Source: a virus
Lineage: Duplodnaviria > Caudoviricetes
Reading direction: 5' to 3' (one strand)
Length of the DNA stretch: 64,000 nt
Virus record (IMG/VR): IMGVR_UViG_3300037420_002488
Coordinates: 997 to 64,996 of that record
The notes beneath the pieces were generated by a model. That model was not told where the DNA came from. It did not search any database and saw only the letters and a program-made list of their open reading frames with translations. This document shows positions 17,810-26,605 of the stretch, piece by piece; position 1 is the stretch's first letter; each line of letters opens with the position of its first letter. The position numbers and the translations under genes are program-made.

Positions 17810-18082
17810 ATGCCGCCTGCCTTCAGCTTGCTCGATCGAGCGCTGGGTAAGTGCACGGCCGATCTCGATCTGCGCATCCCCGCCGATCTCAAGGACGCCG
17901 TCGCAGCCGCTGCGCGTGCCCGCGGCTTTAAGGGTGGTGCCGCCGAGTTCGTCAAGTACACCATGGCAAAAGAGGTGTGGGGTGAAGAGCATGTCGCCAG
18001 TTTGATCGCCAAGGAATTGGGCGTCTACGGGATCAGTGCCCCGACGATTGTGGGGACAACTGCCCGGACAACCACTCAGTAA
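17810..18082 (+). CDS. CII-position ribbon-helix-helix-like regulator
   Basis: LGKCTADLDLRIPADLKDAVAAAARARG; start uncertain (17744 or 17810). Confidence 0.55.
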   Translation: MPPAFSLLDRALGKCTADLDLRIPADLKDAVAAAARARGFKGGAAEFVKYTMAKEVWGEEHVASLIAKELGVYGISAPTIVGTTARTTTQ

Positions 18083-18096
18083 GGAGCGAGCAGGCG

Positions 18097-18483
18097 GTGG
18101 CGCGCGGCTTTGATGAGTTGAACGAGATCCCGCCAGCGTGCGTGATCCAGCTCGGTCAAAGGCCGCCTGAGTGCTTCGAGCCTACCCAGTGGATTGAGTG
18201 GCTGAAAGATGCGTGGCGATCGGTCTATGACGACCCCGCCAAGAAGCGCCAGATGCAGCGCATGCGGCCTCCAAACCACTGCGAAGACTGCACCGCTAGC
18301 CACCAGTCCCAGATGCTCGCCGCAGGCAAGTGCAACCCCGCAGTGATGCGCCTCACGCCACTTGGCGCCGTGGCCATCGAACGAATGCAAATGATGCCGC
18401 CGGCACCGCCCTCGGTCGTGGTGCCGGTAGTGATCCAGAAACGCGAAGCCCCCGAACAGTTGGAGCTATTCGAGGGCTTCTGA
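18097..18483 (+). CDS. Cys-containing hypothetical phage protein
   Basis: AAGGAG RBS; PECF, HCEDC, GKC. Confidence 0.7.
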   Translation: MARGFDELNEIPPACVIQLGQRPPECFEPTQWIEWLKDAWRSVYDDPAKKRQMQRMRPPNHCEDCTASHQSQMLAAGKCNPAVMRLTPLGAVAIERMQMMPPAPPSVVVPVVIQKREAPEQLELFEGF

Positions 18484-18508
18484 CCACAACGACGATCTAG
18501 GAATCGAT

Positions 18509-19063
18509 ATGGTTTCAAAGAAGTGTAGCAGGCGCAAACCCTACAACCCCGACAAGTACGGCAAGGCGCGCACGCAGGCCGAGCGCGAGGCGCTGCTGGC
18601 GGATCGCCTGGCAGAGCGCTTCAGGATCATCGGCGACACGAACGCGCCCATCGACCCTGATGCGGTCAACACCATCGAGTTGCAGATGCGCAGTGCTGTC
18701 GATGCAATGACCTCTGGCGCCAGCAAGGTCGAGCACGCCGCCGTGCTGGCCGGCGAGATCAGCAAGGCCATGCTCATATGTCAGGCCGATTTCGCAGGTG
18801 CGAGGGAGTACCTTGCAATGGTGCTCAAGGCACGCGACGCACTCGAATCGGCCGGCAATCGCGCGATGGTCAAGCGCAAGTGGGGCCTGTCGGGGCCCGA
18901 GCTTTGCGCGCTGCGCGACTTCATAGATCTGCGCGCCGCGCTGCTGAGCCACGAGGACTACACCAAGGGTCTTGAGCGCTCAGTCGACAAAGCCGTGCGC
19001 GCTGAGATCGAAGCTGGCAATGTGCTGCGCTTCGCTGTTGACCCGGAAGGCGTAGCAGCATGA
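18509..19063 (+). CDS. Hypothetical phage protein
   Basis: 184 aa, helical, coupled to the downstream MTase. Confidence 0.75.
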   Translation: MVSKKCSRRKPYNPDKYGKARTQAEREALLADRLAERFRIIGDTNAPIDPDAVNTIELQMRSAVDAMTSGASKVEHAAVLAGEISKAMLICQADFAGAREYLAMVLKARDALESAGNRAMVKRKWGLSGPELCALRDFIDLRAALLSHEDYTKGLERSVDKAVRAEIEAGNVLRFAVDPEGVAA

Positions 19064-19563
19064 AACAACCCGTGGTACTTGATCCATGCTGCGGCAGCCG
19101 CATGATGTGGTTTGACAAGGCCGATCAGCGCGTGCTGTTCGGTGACCAGCGTAGCGAAGTTGTCGCGGTCACTGATCGTTCACATGGCAATCCGTCGGGG
19201 CAGCGCACTTTGCGCATTGAGCCCGACGCATTGATGGACTTTCGAGCCCTGCCGTTCAGTGACGCCTCCTTCAAGCTGGTGGCCTTCGACCCGCCGCACC
19301 TTGTGCGCGCTGGCCGGCGCAGTTGGCTGGCAGCCAAGTACGGGAAGCTGTCCGAGAACTGGCGCGATGACCTGCGCGCAGGCTTTTCCGAGTGCTTCAG
19401 GGTGTTGGAACCGCACGGTGTGCTCGTCTTTAAGTGGAATGAGACCCAGGTGAAGGTAGGCGAGGTGCTGGCCTTAGCGCCCATTGCGCCGCTGTTCGGG
19501 CACTTGAGCGGTCGTAAGGGCCTAACGCACTGGCTGGTGTTCATGAAGGTGGAGGCCGTATGA
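19060..19563 (+). CDS. Small SAM-dependent (probably amino-DNA) methyltransferase
   Basis: VLDPCCGS (motif I), FDPPH (DPPY-like motif IV), ECFRVLEPHG. Confidence 0.85.
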   Translation: MKQPVVLDPCCGSRMMWFDKADQRVLFGDQRSEVVAVTDRSHGNPSGQRTLRIEPDALMDFRALPFSDASFKLVAFDPPHLVRAGRRSWLAAKYGKLSENWRDDLRAGFSECFRVLEPHGVLVFKWNETQVKVGEVLALAPIAPLFGHLSGRKGLTHWLVFMKVEAV

Positions 19564-19889
19564 AGCGCGTCTACATCGCCGGTCCGATGACGGGCCATGC
19601 AAACCTGAACTTCCCCGCGTTCCATGCCGCCGCCTCGGCGCTGCGCGGTCAGGGCTTCGAGGTGATCAACCCAGCCGAGATCAACGGCGGGGAGGATGAA
19701 ATCGTGGCCTGCGCCTTGATGACGCCGCAGCAGCTCAAGGACCACTGGCGTGACTGCATGCGCAATGACATCACCATGCTCATGACATGCGACGGCGTGC
19801 ACATGCTGCCCGGCTGGGAGATGTCCAAGGGCGCCACCTTGGAGCATCACATCGCCTCTGCGCTTGGCTTGGAGGTCACTTTCGCGTGA
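19560..19889 (+). CDS. DUF4406-like (nucleoside deoxyribosyltransferase-like) protein
   Basis: VYIAGPMTG...NFPAF, VINPAE, LPGWEMSKGATLEH. Confidence 0.85.
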   Translation: MKRVYIAGPMTGHANLNFPAFHAAASALRGQGFEVINPAEINGGEDEIVACALMTPQQLKDHWRDCMRNDITMLMTCDGVHMLPGWEMSKGATLEHHIASALGLEVTFA

Positions 19890-21028
19890 CCGCCTATTAC
19901 AACGAGATCGACCCCTATGCAGCACAGTGGCTCCGCAATCTCATTGACGCCGGGCACATCGCCCCAGGCGTGGTCGATGAACGATCCATCGAGGACGTCT
20001 TGCCCTCGGACCTCAGAGGCTTCACACAGTGCCACTTCTTCGCTGGCATTGGCGTCTGGTCCCATGCCCTTCGCCGGGCCGGATGGCCAGACAACCGACC
20101 TGTTTGGACCGGTTCCTGTCCTTGCCAACCTTTCAGCACGGCAGGCGCGGGATCTGGATTTGCTGACGAGCGGCACCTGTGGCCAGCATTCCACCACCTC
20201 ATCCGCCACCGTCGCCCTCCAGCGGTCTTTGGAGAGCAAGTTGCGAGCAAGGACGCAGATCCTTGGATCGACCTTGTTCAAGCTGACATGGAAGGCATGG
20301 AATACGCCTTCGGGGCCGTTGCGTTTCCGTCTGCGGGCGTCGGTGCGCCGCACATCCGTGACCGCATTTTCTGGGTGGCCCACAGTGACGGCCGCGCTGG
20401 CGGACAAGGGCGTGCGCACGGTGGAAGGCGGCATAAGAGAGGCCATGCGCAGCCATGGGCCGGATCTGGCAGCAGTGGCGTGCATGACGCATTGGCCGAC
20501 CACGACAACATCGGACGCCTTGCGGTTCCCCGCCTTCGACAACGAAGCGGCGAACATGACGTTGAACCATGCGGCGGTGTTGGCATCGTGGGGAACGCCA
20601 ACAGCTCAGGAGGCGGGCGGGACGCCCGAGGCCTTTGTGGCTCGCAAGAGGAAGCATGCTTGCGGCAATGCGCTGACGGCGCTCAATCTGCAGGTGCAAC
20701 TTTCTTCCTGGGCAACGCCTGCGACAAGGAACTGGCACAGCGCCTCAGCGTCGCCGGAGTTCCTGGCGAGCCGCTTGGAGCAGTCGCGGGGCAAGCCCTT
20801 GAGCGAACAGGCCTTCACGATGCTGCCGGGTCCAGCCCGATTGGCGGTTTCTGGCGAGATGCTGACTGGCTCCTTTGCCGAGATGGGAAGTGGCGGCCAG
20901 TTGAACCCGGCACATTCCCGCTGGCTGATGGGGCTGCCGCCCGAGTGGGACGCCTGCGCGCCTACGGCAATGCGATCAACGCCGAAGCGGCGATCGCCTT
21001 CATTGAAGCATCCGGGCTGATCGCATGA
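19886..21028 (+). CDS. C5-cytosine DNA methyltransferase, alpha chain
   Basis: GGAGG plus GTG; HFFAGIG (I), SCPCQPFS (IV), GEQV (VI), APHIRDRIF (VIII), RLRAYGNAI (X); no motif IX seen. Confidence 0.88.
   Translation: MTAYYNEIDPYAAQWLRNLIDAGHIAPGVVDERSIEDVLPSDLRGFTQCHFFAGIGVWSHALRRAGWPDNRPVWTGSCPCQPFSTAGAGSGFADERHLWPAFHHLIRHRRPPAVFGEQVASKDADPWIDLVQADMEGMEYAFGAVAFPSAGVGAPHIRDRIFWVAHSDGRAGGQGRAHGGRRHKRGHAQPWAGSGSSGVHDALADHDNIGRLAVPRLRQRSGEHDVEPCGGVGIVGNANSSGGGRDARGLCGSQEEACLRQCADGAQSAGATFFLGNACDKELAQRLSVAGVPGEPLGAVAGQALERTGLHDAAGSSPIGGFWRDADWLLCRDGKWRPVEPGTFPLADGAAARVGRLRAYGNAINAEAAIAFIEASGLIA
19917..21020 (+). CDS. Overlapping +1-frame MTase beta chain with motif IX-like end
   Basis: 367-codon open frame inside alpha; GC3 bias moves to this frame at ~20370-20950; [17 protein letters not shown]. 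True start unknown. Confidence 0.75.
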   Translation: MQHSGSAISLTPGTSPQAWSMNDPSRTSCPRTSEASHSATSSLALASGPMPFAGPDGQTTDLFGPVPVLANLSARQARDLDLLTSGTCGQHSTTSSATVALQRSLESKLRARTQILGSTLFKLTWKAWNTPSGPLRFRLRASVRRTSVTAFSGWPTVTAALADKGVRTVEGGIREAMRSHGPDLAAVACMTHWPTTTTSDALRFPAFDNEAANMTLNHAAVLASWGTPTAQEAGGTPEAFVARKRKHACGNALTALNLQVQLSSWATPATRNWHSASASPEFLASRLEQSRGKPLSEQAFTMLPGPARLAVSGEMLTGSFAEMGSGGQLNPAHSRWLMGLPPEWDACAPTAMRSTPKRRSPSLKHPG

Positions 21029-21567
21029 CCAAGTGGAATGAACACCTGATCGCCCGCGCAATCTCGCTCCAGACCCTCGCGCGCAAATGCGTGGTGCTGG
21101 TCGACAACTGCAACTGGACCGGCTACGAGTGCGACGTGCTGGGCGTGACCACTGATCTGCGCATCATTGATGTGGAGGTGAAGATCAGCCAGGCCGACCT
21201 GAAGGCCGACGCCAAGAAGGACAAGTGGTGGCATCGGCGCGGCTGGTCCGACATTGCCGGGCCCGAGCGGTTGCGGCCGTGGCCACACAAGGTGTGGAAG
21301 CACTACTACGCCATGCCTGCCGACATCTGGCAGGACTCCCTTTTCGAGTTCCTGCCATCACCGGCCAGCGGCATCCTGCTGCTGCGCGAACAGCGCAACA
21401 GCGCCACACCATTGGTTGTGCACTGCGAGCGACGGGCTACGCCGAACAAGGATGCCGATCGCTTGACGCCCGAGCAGGTGATGGACATCGCCCGCCTGGC
21501 GAACCTGCGCATGTGGGAGTCGTACAAGGCATTGCACGATCAGGCCATTGCCCGGGAGGTCGCCTGA
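21025..21567 (+). CDS. PD-(D/E)xK nuclease-fold protein (MmcB-like)
   Basis: YECDVL...IDVEVKISQADLKADAKKDKW, HYYAMP. Confidence 0.7.
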   Translation: MTKWNEHLIARAISLQTLARKCVVLVDNCNWTGYECDVLGVTTDLRIIDVEVKISQADLKADAKKDKWWHRRGWSDIAGPERLRPWPHKVWKHYYAMPADIWQDSLFEFLPSPASGILLLREQRNSATPLVVHCERRATPNKDADRLTPEQVMDIARLANLRMWESYKALHDQAIAREVA

Positions 21568-22490
21568 TGGCTGGTGGCATTGACTGGTTCCGCTGGCATC
21601 ACGGCAGCGTCACCGATCCCAAGTTCGCGCTGATTGCCGATAAGGCCAAGGCGCGATTGGGTGACGTCTTGACGGTATGGGCCTTCATCTTGGAAAGCGC
21701 CAGCGCCAACCAGGTGCGCGGTCGAGTAGGTGCCATCGACGTGGAAGCGCTCGATTTCTTGCTCAAAGCTGAGCCCGGCACCGTACAACGCATTTTCGTT
21801 GCAATGCACGAACGCAACGTTTTGTGCAACGAAGACGGCGTTGCATGCGTTGCACGTTGGCACTTCAGACAACCCAGAAGGGAGCGTGAGCCTATCCCCG
21901 ATGCAACGGACCCATCGTTGCCAAAGTCATCCACTCAGCGCTCCCGTGAGAGGCGAGAACGGCTCAAGCAAGAGGGTGCAGGCAACGCCACGCAACGCGA
22001 TGCAACGCCAGGCAACGCCAGCAACGAGCAGGCAACACCTAGAGAAGAAGAGAGTAGAGAAGAGAAGAAGAGAGAGGAAATACAGGAGCAGCCCGCTCGC
22101 GCTCCGCGCAAGCCAGCGGCTGACGCCGCCCCGACACTGACCCTGGCATGCTTGGTCAGCGAGGGGGTCGCGCAAGACCATGCCGCAGCTTGGCTCAGGG
22201 TCCGCAAGGAAAAGCGCGCACCGCTGACGCAAGTCGCATGGGATGACCAAAAGGCCCAGGCGATGAAAGCGGGTATCACGCTGGACCAGGCGGTGCACAT
22301 CTGCGCAATCAAGGGCTGGCAGGCCTTCAACGCCGGCTGGAAGTGGCAAGGCATCATCGATACCGGCCATGCAACGCCACGCAACGCCAACGGCGGCAAT
22401 GAGGAATCGCCGGAGCAGAAGGCCGCACGCCGTGAGGAAGGCCGCCGCCTGGCCTTCGGTGGCAAGCCTGCGGAGGTGGTCGATGCTTGA
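21567..22490 (+). CDS. Replication initiator (O-like)
   Basis: N-terminal WFRWHHGSVTDPKF helical domain, internal iteron-like repeats, position upstream of a loader-like gene. Confidence 0.8.
   Translation: MAGGIDWFRWHHGSVTDPKFALIADKAKARLGDVLTVWAFILESASANQVRGRVGAIDVEALDFLLKAEPGTVQRIFVAMHERNVLCNEDGVACVARWHFRQPRREREPIPDATDPSLPKSSTQRSRERRERLKQEGAGNATQRDATPGNASNEQATPREEESREEKKREEIQEQPARAPRKPAADAAPTLTLACLVSEGVAQDHAAAWLRVRKEKRAPLTQVAWDDQKAQAMKAGITLDQAVHICAIKGWQAFNAGWKWQGIIDTGHATPRNANGGNEESPEQKAARREEGRRLAFGGKPAEVVDA
21797..22077. repeat. Putative origin: GCAACG iterons plus purine tract
   Basis: GCAAC(G) repeated at ~10-bp period 21982-22036, inverted copies at 21797-21857, all-purine-rich run 22041-22077. 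Confidence 0.7.
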
Positions 22491-23364
22491 GGCCGACTAC
22501 GACGAGTTCGCCGACCTTCTGGACGGCGTCTGTTCGCTGTTGAGCCGCGGCAAGTACACGCCCAATGCGACCAACACTGCGCTGTTCTTCCGATCCCTCG
22601 CCCGCCATCCCATGGACGCTGTGCGCGCTGGCTTTGAGGCCCATGTGGCCGACACCCAGCGAGGGCAGTTCGTGCCCAACCCCGCCGACATCCTGGCGCA
22701 GATCGAGGGCAAGGCCGCGATCGACGGCCGCCCCGATTCGGAGGAAGCCTGGGCATTGTCGATCCGCGCGGCCGACGAGTCCGAAACCATCGTCTGGACG
22801 GCCGAGATGGCGCAGGCCTGGCAGGTCTGCCAGCCGGTCATGGCCACAGGTGACAAGGTGGGCGCCCGCATGGCGTTCAAGCAAGCCTACGACCGCCACG
22901 TCGATGATGCCCGCCGGCTGCGCATCCCCGCCACTTGGTCAACGTCGCTGGGCCACGACGCGAAGAAGCGCCACGCCGCCCTGGTGAAGGCCGAGACGAT
23001 GGGCCTGCTGCCTGCGGGCGAGGCTATGCGCTTGGCGGCGCCAGAGCTGGTGGCAGACAACGCGCTGACCTTGCTGCTGGAGACGAGTGTGAAGCGAAGC
23101 AAAGATGCAATCACTGATCCCGCTGAGATCAAGGCCAGGGCCGCCGCGCTCAAGGCAATGCTGGTCAAGCCTGATCACGATCCGGCGCCGGCCGCCAAGC
23201 GCAATGCCGACATTGCCAATGAAAAGGCGCGCATCCAGGCGCTGGTCGAGGCCCATCCGGCCTATACCGCGCCACCGATCGAGCCCAACGCCCTGGATGA
23301 GCTGTCGGACTTGGGCGAGGCCGTCAATGCGGACGGAGGCCTGTCAGGCGAGGTGTCCCCATGA
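22483..23364 (+). CDS. Helicase loader/inhibitor-like replication protein
   Basis: Follows the initiator; FVPNPADIL, RPDSEEAW, GARMAFKQAY. Confidence 0.65.
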   Translation: MLEADYDEFADLLDGVCSLLSRGKYTPNATNTALFFRSLARHPMDAVRAGFEAHVADTQRGQFVPNPADILAQIEGKAAIDGRPDSEEAWALSIRAADESETIVWTAEMAQAWQVCQPVMATGDKVGARMAFKQAYDRHVDDARRLRIPATWSTSLGHDAKKRHAALVKAETMGLLPAGEAMRLAAPELVADNALTLLLETSVKRSKDAITDPAEIKARAAALKAMLVKPDHDPAPAAKRNADIANEKARIQALVEAHPAYTAPPIEPNALDELSDLGEAVNADGGLSGEVSP

Positions 23365-23618
23365 GACGCAGCGCCAGCCTCACCTGCACGCGCTGCGACA
23401 AGACCGGCCACAACTGGACGATGTGCCCCATCCCCACGGCGCCGCACGTGGTGGAGCCCTATGACGGGCATGAAGGCATGGTGCGCTGCGCCGACTGCCG
23501 ACGCGCAAGCGTGCCCGACTACTACGGCCACGGCGGTTGCCCGCTCTATGTGCCGAGCATGCGAATGGTGCTTGTGCATTGCAGCAGATTCAAGGAGAGA
23601 ACATGCCAACCATCGTGA
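23361..23618 (+). CDS. Zinc-knuckle small protein
   Basis: CTRCDKTGHNWTMC (CCHC), CADC. Confidence 0.65.
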   Translation: MRRSASLTCTRCDKTGHNWTMCPIPTAPHVVEPYDGHEGMVRCADCRRASVPDYYGHGGCPLYVPSMRMVLVHCSRFKERTCQPS

Positions 23619-24073
23619 TCACCCGCGGTGACGACGGCAAGGTCGATGGGTTGTCCTGGGCAGACCAGCGCGCCTACCGCCGCTTCAAACGCCGCCTCGA
23701 CGGCATGGTGCCCGGCGACACACTCGAATTCAGTTGGAAGGCAGCCAGATCGGCAGGGTTTCACCGTCGCCACTTCCTCATGCTGCGCTGGGTCTTCGAC
23801 AACCAGGAGACGTTCGTCGGCGAGTACGAGCTGCGCAAGTGGGGCGAGATCGGCGCCGGGCACTGCGCGTGGATACCTGGTGCCGACGGCGAGCCCCAGG
23901 CGATCCCCAAGAGCATCGACTACATGAGCCTGGATGACGACGAGTTCAGGGAGCTTCACCTTGCCGTGAAGGACTTCATGCGCTCGCCGCGCGGCCTGGC
24001 CACGTTGTGGCCGCATGCCGATCCGATCCAGGCCTGGCACGCCATCGACCAAATCATGGAAGGCATCGGATGA
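23603..24073 (+). CDS. DUF1367/NinB-like protein
   Basis: ARSAGFHRRHF, IGAGH, IPKSIDYMSLDDDEF; AGGAG RBS. Confidence 0.7.
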   Translation: MPTIVITRGDDGKVDGLSWADQRAYRRFKRRLDGMVPGDTLEFSWKAARSAGFHRRHFLMLRWVFDNQETFVGEYELRKWGEIGAGHCAWIPGADGEPQAIPKSIDYMSLDDDEFRELHLAVKDFMRSPRGLATLWPHADPIQAWHAIDQIMEGIG

Positions 24074-24273
24074 AGTGCGTTCGTTGCGGCAAGCCACTGA
24101 CAAAGGCCACTGTCACCGTCTCCACAAGGACAGGCCCGGCCGCATGGGGCTCGGTGTGCGCCCAGAAGGATGGCTTCACGGTGCCGCGCGCCACCACGCG
24201 GGCGTGCAAGGTCGTGTCCGCCAAGCCGAAGCCCGAGCCCGACACCTCCCAGATGGAGCTGGAATTCGCATGA
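24070..24273 (+). CDS. 67-aa CxxC protein
   Basis: MKCVRCGKPL; ATGA couplings. Confidence 0.6.
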   Translation: MKCVRCGKPLTKATVTVSTRTGPAAWGSVCAQKDGFTVPRATTRACKVVSAKPKPEPDTSQMELEFA

Positions 24274-25094
24274 CCGCATTGCAACTCGCCACGCTGGCCG
24301 TTGCCCGCAAGACCAGGCAACGCAAGGACGAAGAGAGCCAGCACCAGCAAGCGCTGGTGATGTGGGCCAGCATGGCGCGCTTCCCTGTGCCCGTGCACGG
24401 CGTGCTGCCAAGCGAGACCATCGGGGATTACCTCTTCGCCATCCCCAACGGCGGCGCGCGAAGCAAGGCCGTGGCAGGCAGGATGAAGGCCGAAGGGCTC
24501 AAGGCCGGCGTGCTGGACCTGAAGTTCGAACTGCCGATCGGCCGCTGCCCGGGCCTGTGGATCGAGATGAAGGCGGGCAAGAACACCTTGACGCCTGAAC
24601 AACGCACCTGGCGTGAGCGCATGGCCCGCCTGGGCTTCAAGGTCGTGGTCTGCTGGGATTGGGAGGTCGCCCGCGACCACATCCTGGAATACCTCGGCGC
24701 AGCGCCGACCAGGTCGAGCACGCTGGCCGCACTGGACGAGATCGAGGCGGGCGAGGTGGCCGTGCCCAAGCGCAAGCCCATCCGCTCGCCCAAGTACCTA
24801 GCCATGGTGGCCAAGCTGGCGTGCTGCAACTGCAGCATCGTGGGCTACAGCCAGGCCGCGCATCCCAACACCGGCAAGGGCATGGCAACGAAGGCCGACG
24901 ACAACCTTGCCTTTCCCCTGTGTGCACCACGACCAGGTGAGCCGGGATGCCATGCCCGCTTTGACCAGGGCGCCATGTACACCAAGGCTCAGCGCCGCGA
25001 ACTCGAGACCCGATGGGGCCGCATCACCTCGGCCGCCATCAAACGCACTGGCAAATGGCCGATGGGCCTTGCCTACCCAACCTTCAAGGAGTGA
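24270..25094 (+). CDS. VRR-NUC nuclease fused to a Ref/DUF968-like Zn domain
   Basis: AIPNGG, GLKAGVLDL, WIEMKAG..TPEQ..W, then CCNC...AAH..K..D..FPLC...CH..FD. Confidence 0.78.
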   Translation: MTALQLATLAVARKTRQRKDEESQHQQALVMWASMARFPVPVHGVLPSETIGDYLFAIPNGGARSKAVAGRMKAEGLKAGVLDLKFELPIGRCPGLWIEMKAGKNTLTPEQRTWRERMARLGFKVVVCWDWEVARDHILEYLGAAPTRSSTLAALDEIEAGEVAVPKRKPIRSPKYLAMVAKLACCNCSIVGYSQAAHPNTGKGMATKADDNLAFPLCAPRPGEPGCHARFDQGAMYTKAQRRELETRWGRITSAAIKRTGKWPMGLAYPTFKE

Positions 25095-25095
25095 C

Positions 25096-25521
25096 ATGAC
25101 CACCATCGCATGGGACGGCACCACGCTGGCCGCCGACAAGCAGTCGAGTTGGGGCGGCACGCCAGTGCCCACGACCAAAGTTTTCAAGCTCCAAGCTCCT
25201 GACGGCTCGTACATCCTGTACGGCGGCGCAGGCCACTCGATGCAGCTCGGCGCCTTTCACCGCTGGTTAAGGGGGGAGACGACAGACAAGCCGACGCTGC
25301 TGGACGTGGCTTTTCTCATGATCGACAGCCAGAGGCGGGTGTGGATGACGGACCAGACGCTCAACTGGGCCACTCTCAACAAGGCCCGCTGGGCACTTGG
25401 CAGCGGCGCGGACTACGCCTTGGGCGCCATGGAGGCTGGTGCCACTGCCAGCGAAGCCATCGAGATCGCCTCGCGGCTGGATGCGAGTACCGGCCTGGGT
25501 GTCGATTGCGTGTGGTTCTGA
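25096..25521 (+). CDS. HslV/proteasome-beta-like Ntn hydrolase
   Basis: M-TTIAWDGTTLAADKQ N-terminus and ALGSGADYALGAM motif. Confidence 0.75.
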   Translation: MTTIAWDGTTLAADKQSSWGGTPVPTTKVFKLQAPDGSYILYGGAGHSMQLGAFHRWLRGETTDKPTLLDVAFLMIDSQRRVWMTDQTLNWATLNKARWALGSGADYALGAMEAGATASEAIEIASRLDASTGLGVDCVWF

Positions 25522-25522
25522 T

Positions 25523-25690
25523 ATGGACCACTACATCTTCGGCGTCGACCTAGCGACCGAGCCGGATCGCACCGGCTACTGGTGCGTGGTCTGCGGCTGC
25601 CTCCTACCCAACGAAGACGGTGTGATCGTGCACCGCGACGTGCCACACCCTGAAACCATGACATTTGATGATGAGGACAACCCCCAATGA
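25523..25690 (+). CDS. 55-aa CxxC protein
   Basis: CVVCG; coupled downstream. Confidence 0.5.
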   Translation: MDHYIFGVDLATEPDRTGYWCVVCGCLLPNEDGVIVHRDVPHPETMTFDDEDNPQ

Positions 25691-25920
25691 GTGCACGACT
25701 CGATGCTGCAAAGAGCAGCGCCATGGGCTTATATGACCTCCTTTTGGGCCTTCATCCGCCCGGGCACATCCCGACTGCCCCGGATTCTTTGACCCTGCAG
25801 GTCGCCGCGTTGCGCGAGGAAATCCAGGCATTGCGCCGCGACCTCGCGCCCCAGTCTTCCACCATCCTGACCGGCCGTGAAGCCATGGCCGAATTCCAAC
25901 GCCTGAAAGGCACCCCATGA
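25687..25920 (+). CDS. Hypothetical protein
   Basis: ATGA couplings. Confidence 0.6.
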   Translation: MSARLDAAKSSAMGLYDLLLGLHPPGHIPTAPDSLTLQVAALREEIQALRRDLAPQSSTILTGREAMAEFQRLKGTP

Positions 25921-26357
25921 CCACACTCACGATCTACATTGGCACCAAGATCATCCAGGCCATGCCCCAGCAGCACGCTGACGGCCGCGACGGCTACCAA
26001 GTCGTCTATGAGGACGGCTACACCAGTTGGAGCCCGGCCGATGTCTTCGAGCGGGCCTACCGCAAGACCGACGCCATGACCTTCGGCGATGCCCTGATCA
26101 TGCTGAAGGCGGGCCAGCGCGTGGCCCGTGCGGGCTGGAACGGTAAGGGTATGTGGCTTGCCCTGAGCTGCGGCGAGACCAAGGACGTGCCCGCCGATCG
26201 CTTCTGGTCCGAGCACAACCGCGCCCACGCCGAGGCCTGCGGTGGCACGGCCAAGGTGCTGCCCTCGATCACCATGAAGACGGCCGACGGCGAGATCCTC
26301 ATGGGCTGGCTTGCAAGCCAAACCGACATGCTCGCCGAAGACTGGCGGGTGGCCTGA
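25917..26357 (+). CDS. DUF2829-domain protein
   Basis: YEDGYTSWSP..VFERAY; MTFGDAL..LKAGQRVARAGWNGKGMW; GWLASQTDMLAEDW. Confidence 0.85.
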   Translation: MTTLTIYIGTKIIQAMPQQHADGRDGYQVVYEDGYTSWSPADVFERAYRKTDAMTFGDALIMLKAGQRVARAGWNGKGMWLALSCGETKDVPADRFWSEHNRAHAEACGGTAKVLPSITMKTADGEILMGWLASQTDMLAEDWRVA

Positions 26358-26605
26358 TGACGGCGGCCCTCGATAGCCTGGGCCGTGCTGTCGGCCTGTC
26401 GACGGAGGCCATGCTCGAGATCGCGGCCCAGGTGAAGGGCAACAGCGAAAGGCTCAATGCCTGCGCGCGCCACGACTTCGAGCCCGTGCCCGGCAAGCTG
26501 AAGTTTGGCAACCCATCTCGGTACCGATGCAAGCATTGCCAAGGGGAGGTCGACAACCATGCGTGGTACTGGCACGAAAAGGGGCGGGCTACCGCAGCGT
26601 CATAG
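26357..26605 (+). CDS. 82-aa Cys/His protein
   Basis: CARHDF, CKHC; TGATG coupling. Confidence 0.65.
   Translation: MTAALDSLGRAVGLSTEAMLEIAAQVKGNSERLNACARHDFEPVPGKLKFGNPSRYRCKHCQGEVDNHAWYWHEKGRATAAS

Noticed and set aside
16940-18082. 380-aa plus-strand ORF as a single protein
   Set aside because: Exactly in register with a plausible minus-strand gene, the common antisense artefact in GC-rich DNA; only the last ~90-110 aa look protein-like.
22041-22077. GA-rich tract as an independent microsatellite
   Set aside because: Encodes the REEESREEKKREE linker typical of initiators and is best treated as part of the origin.
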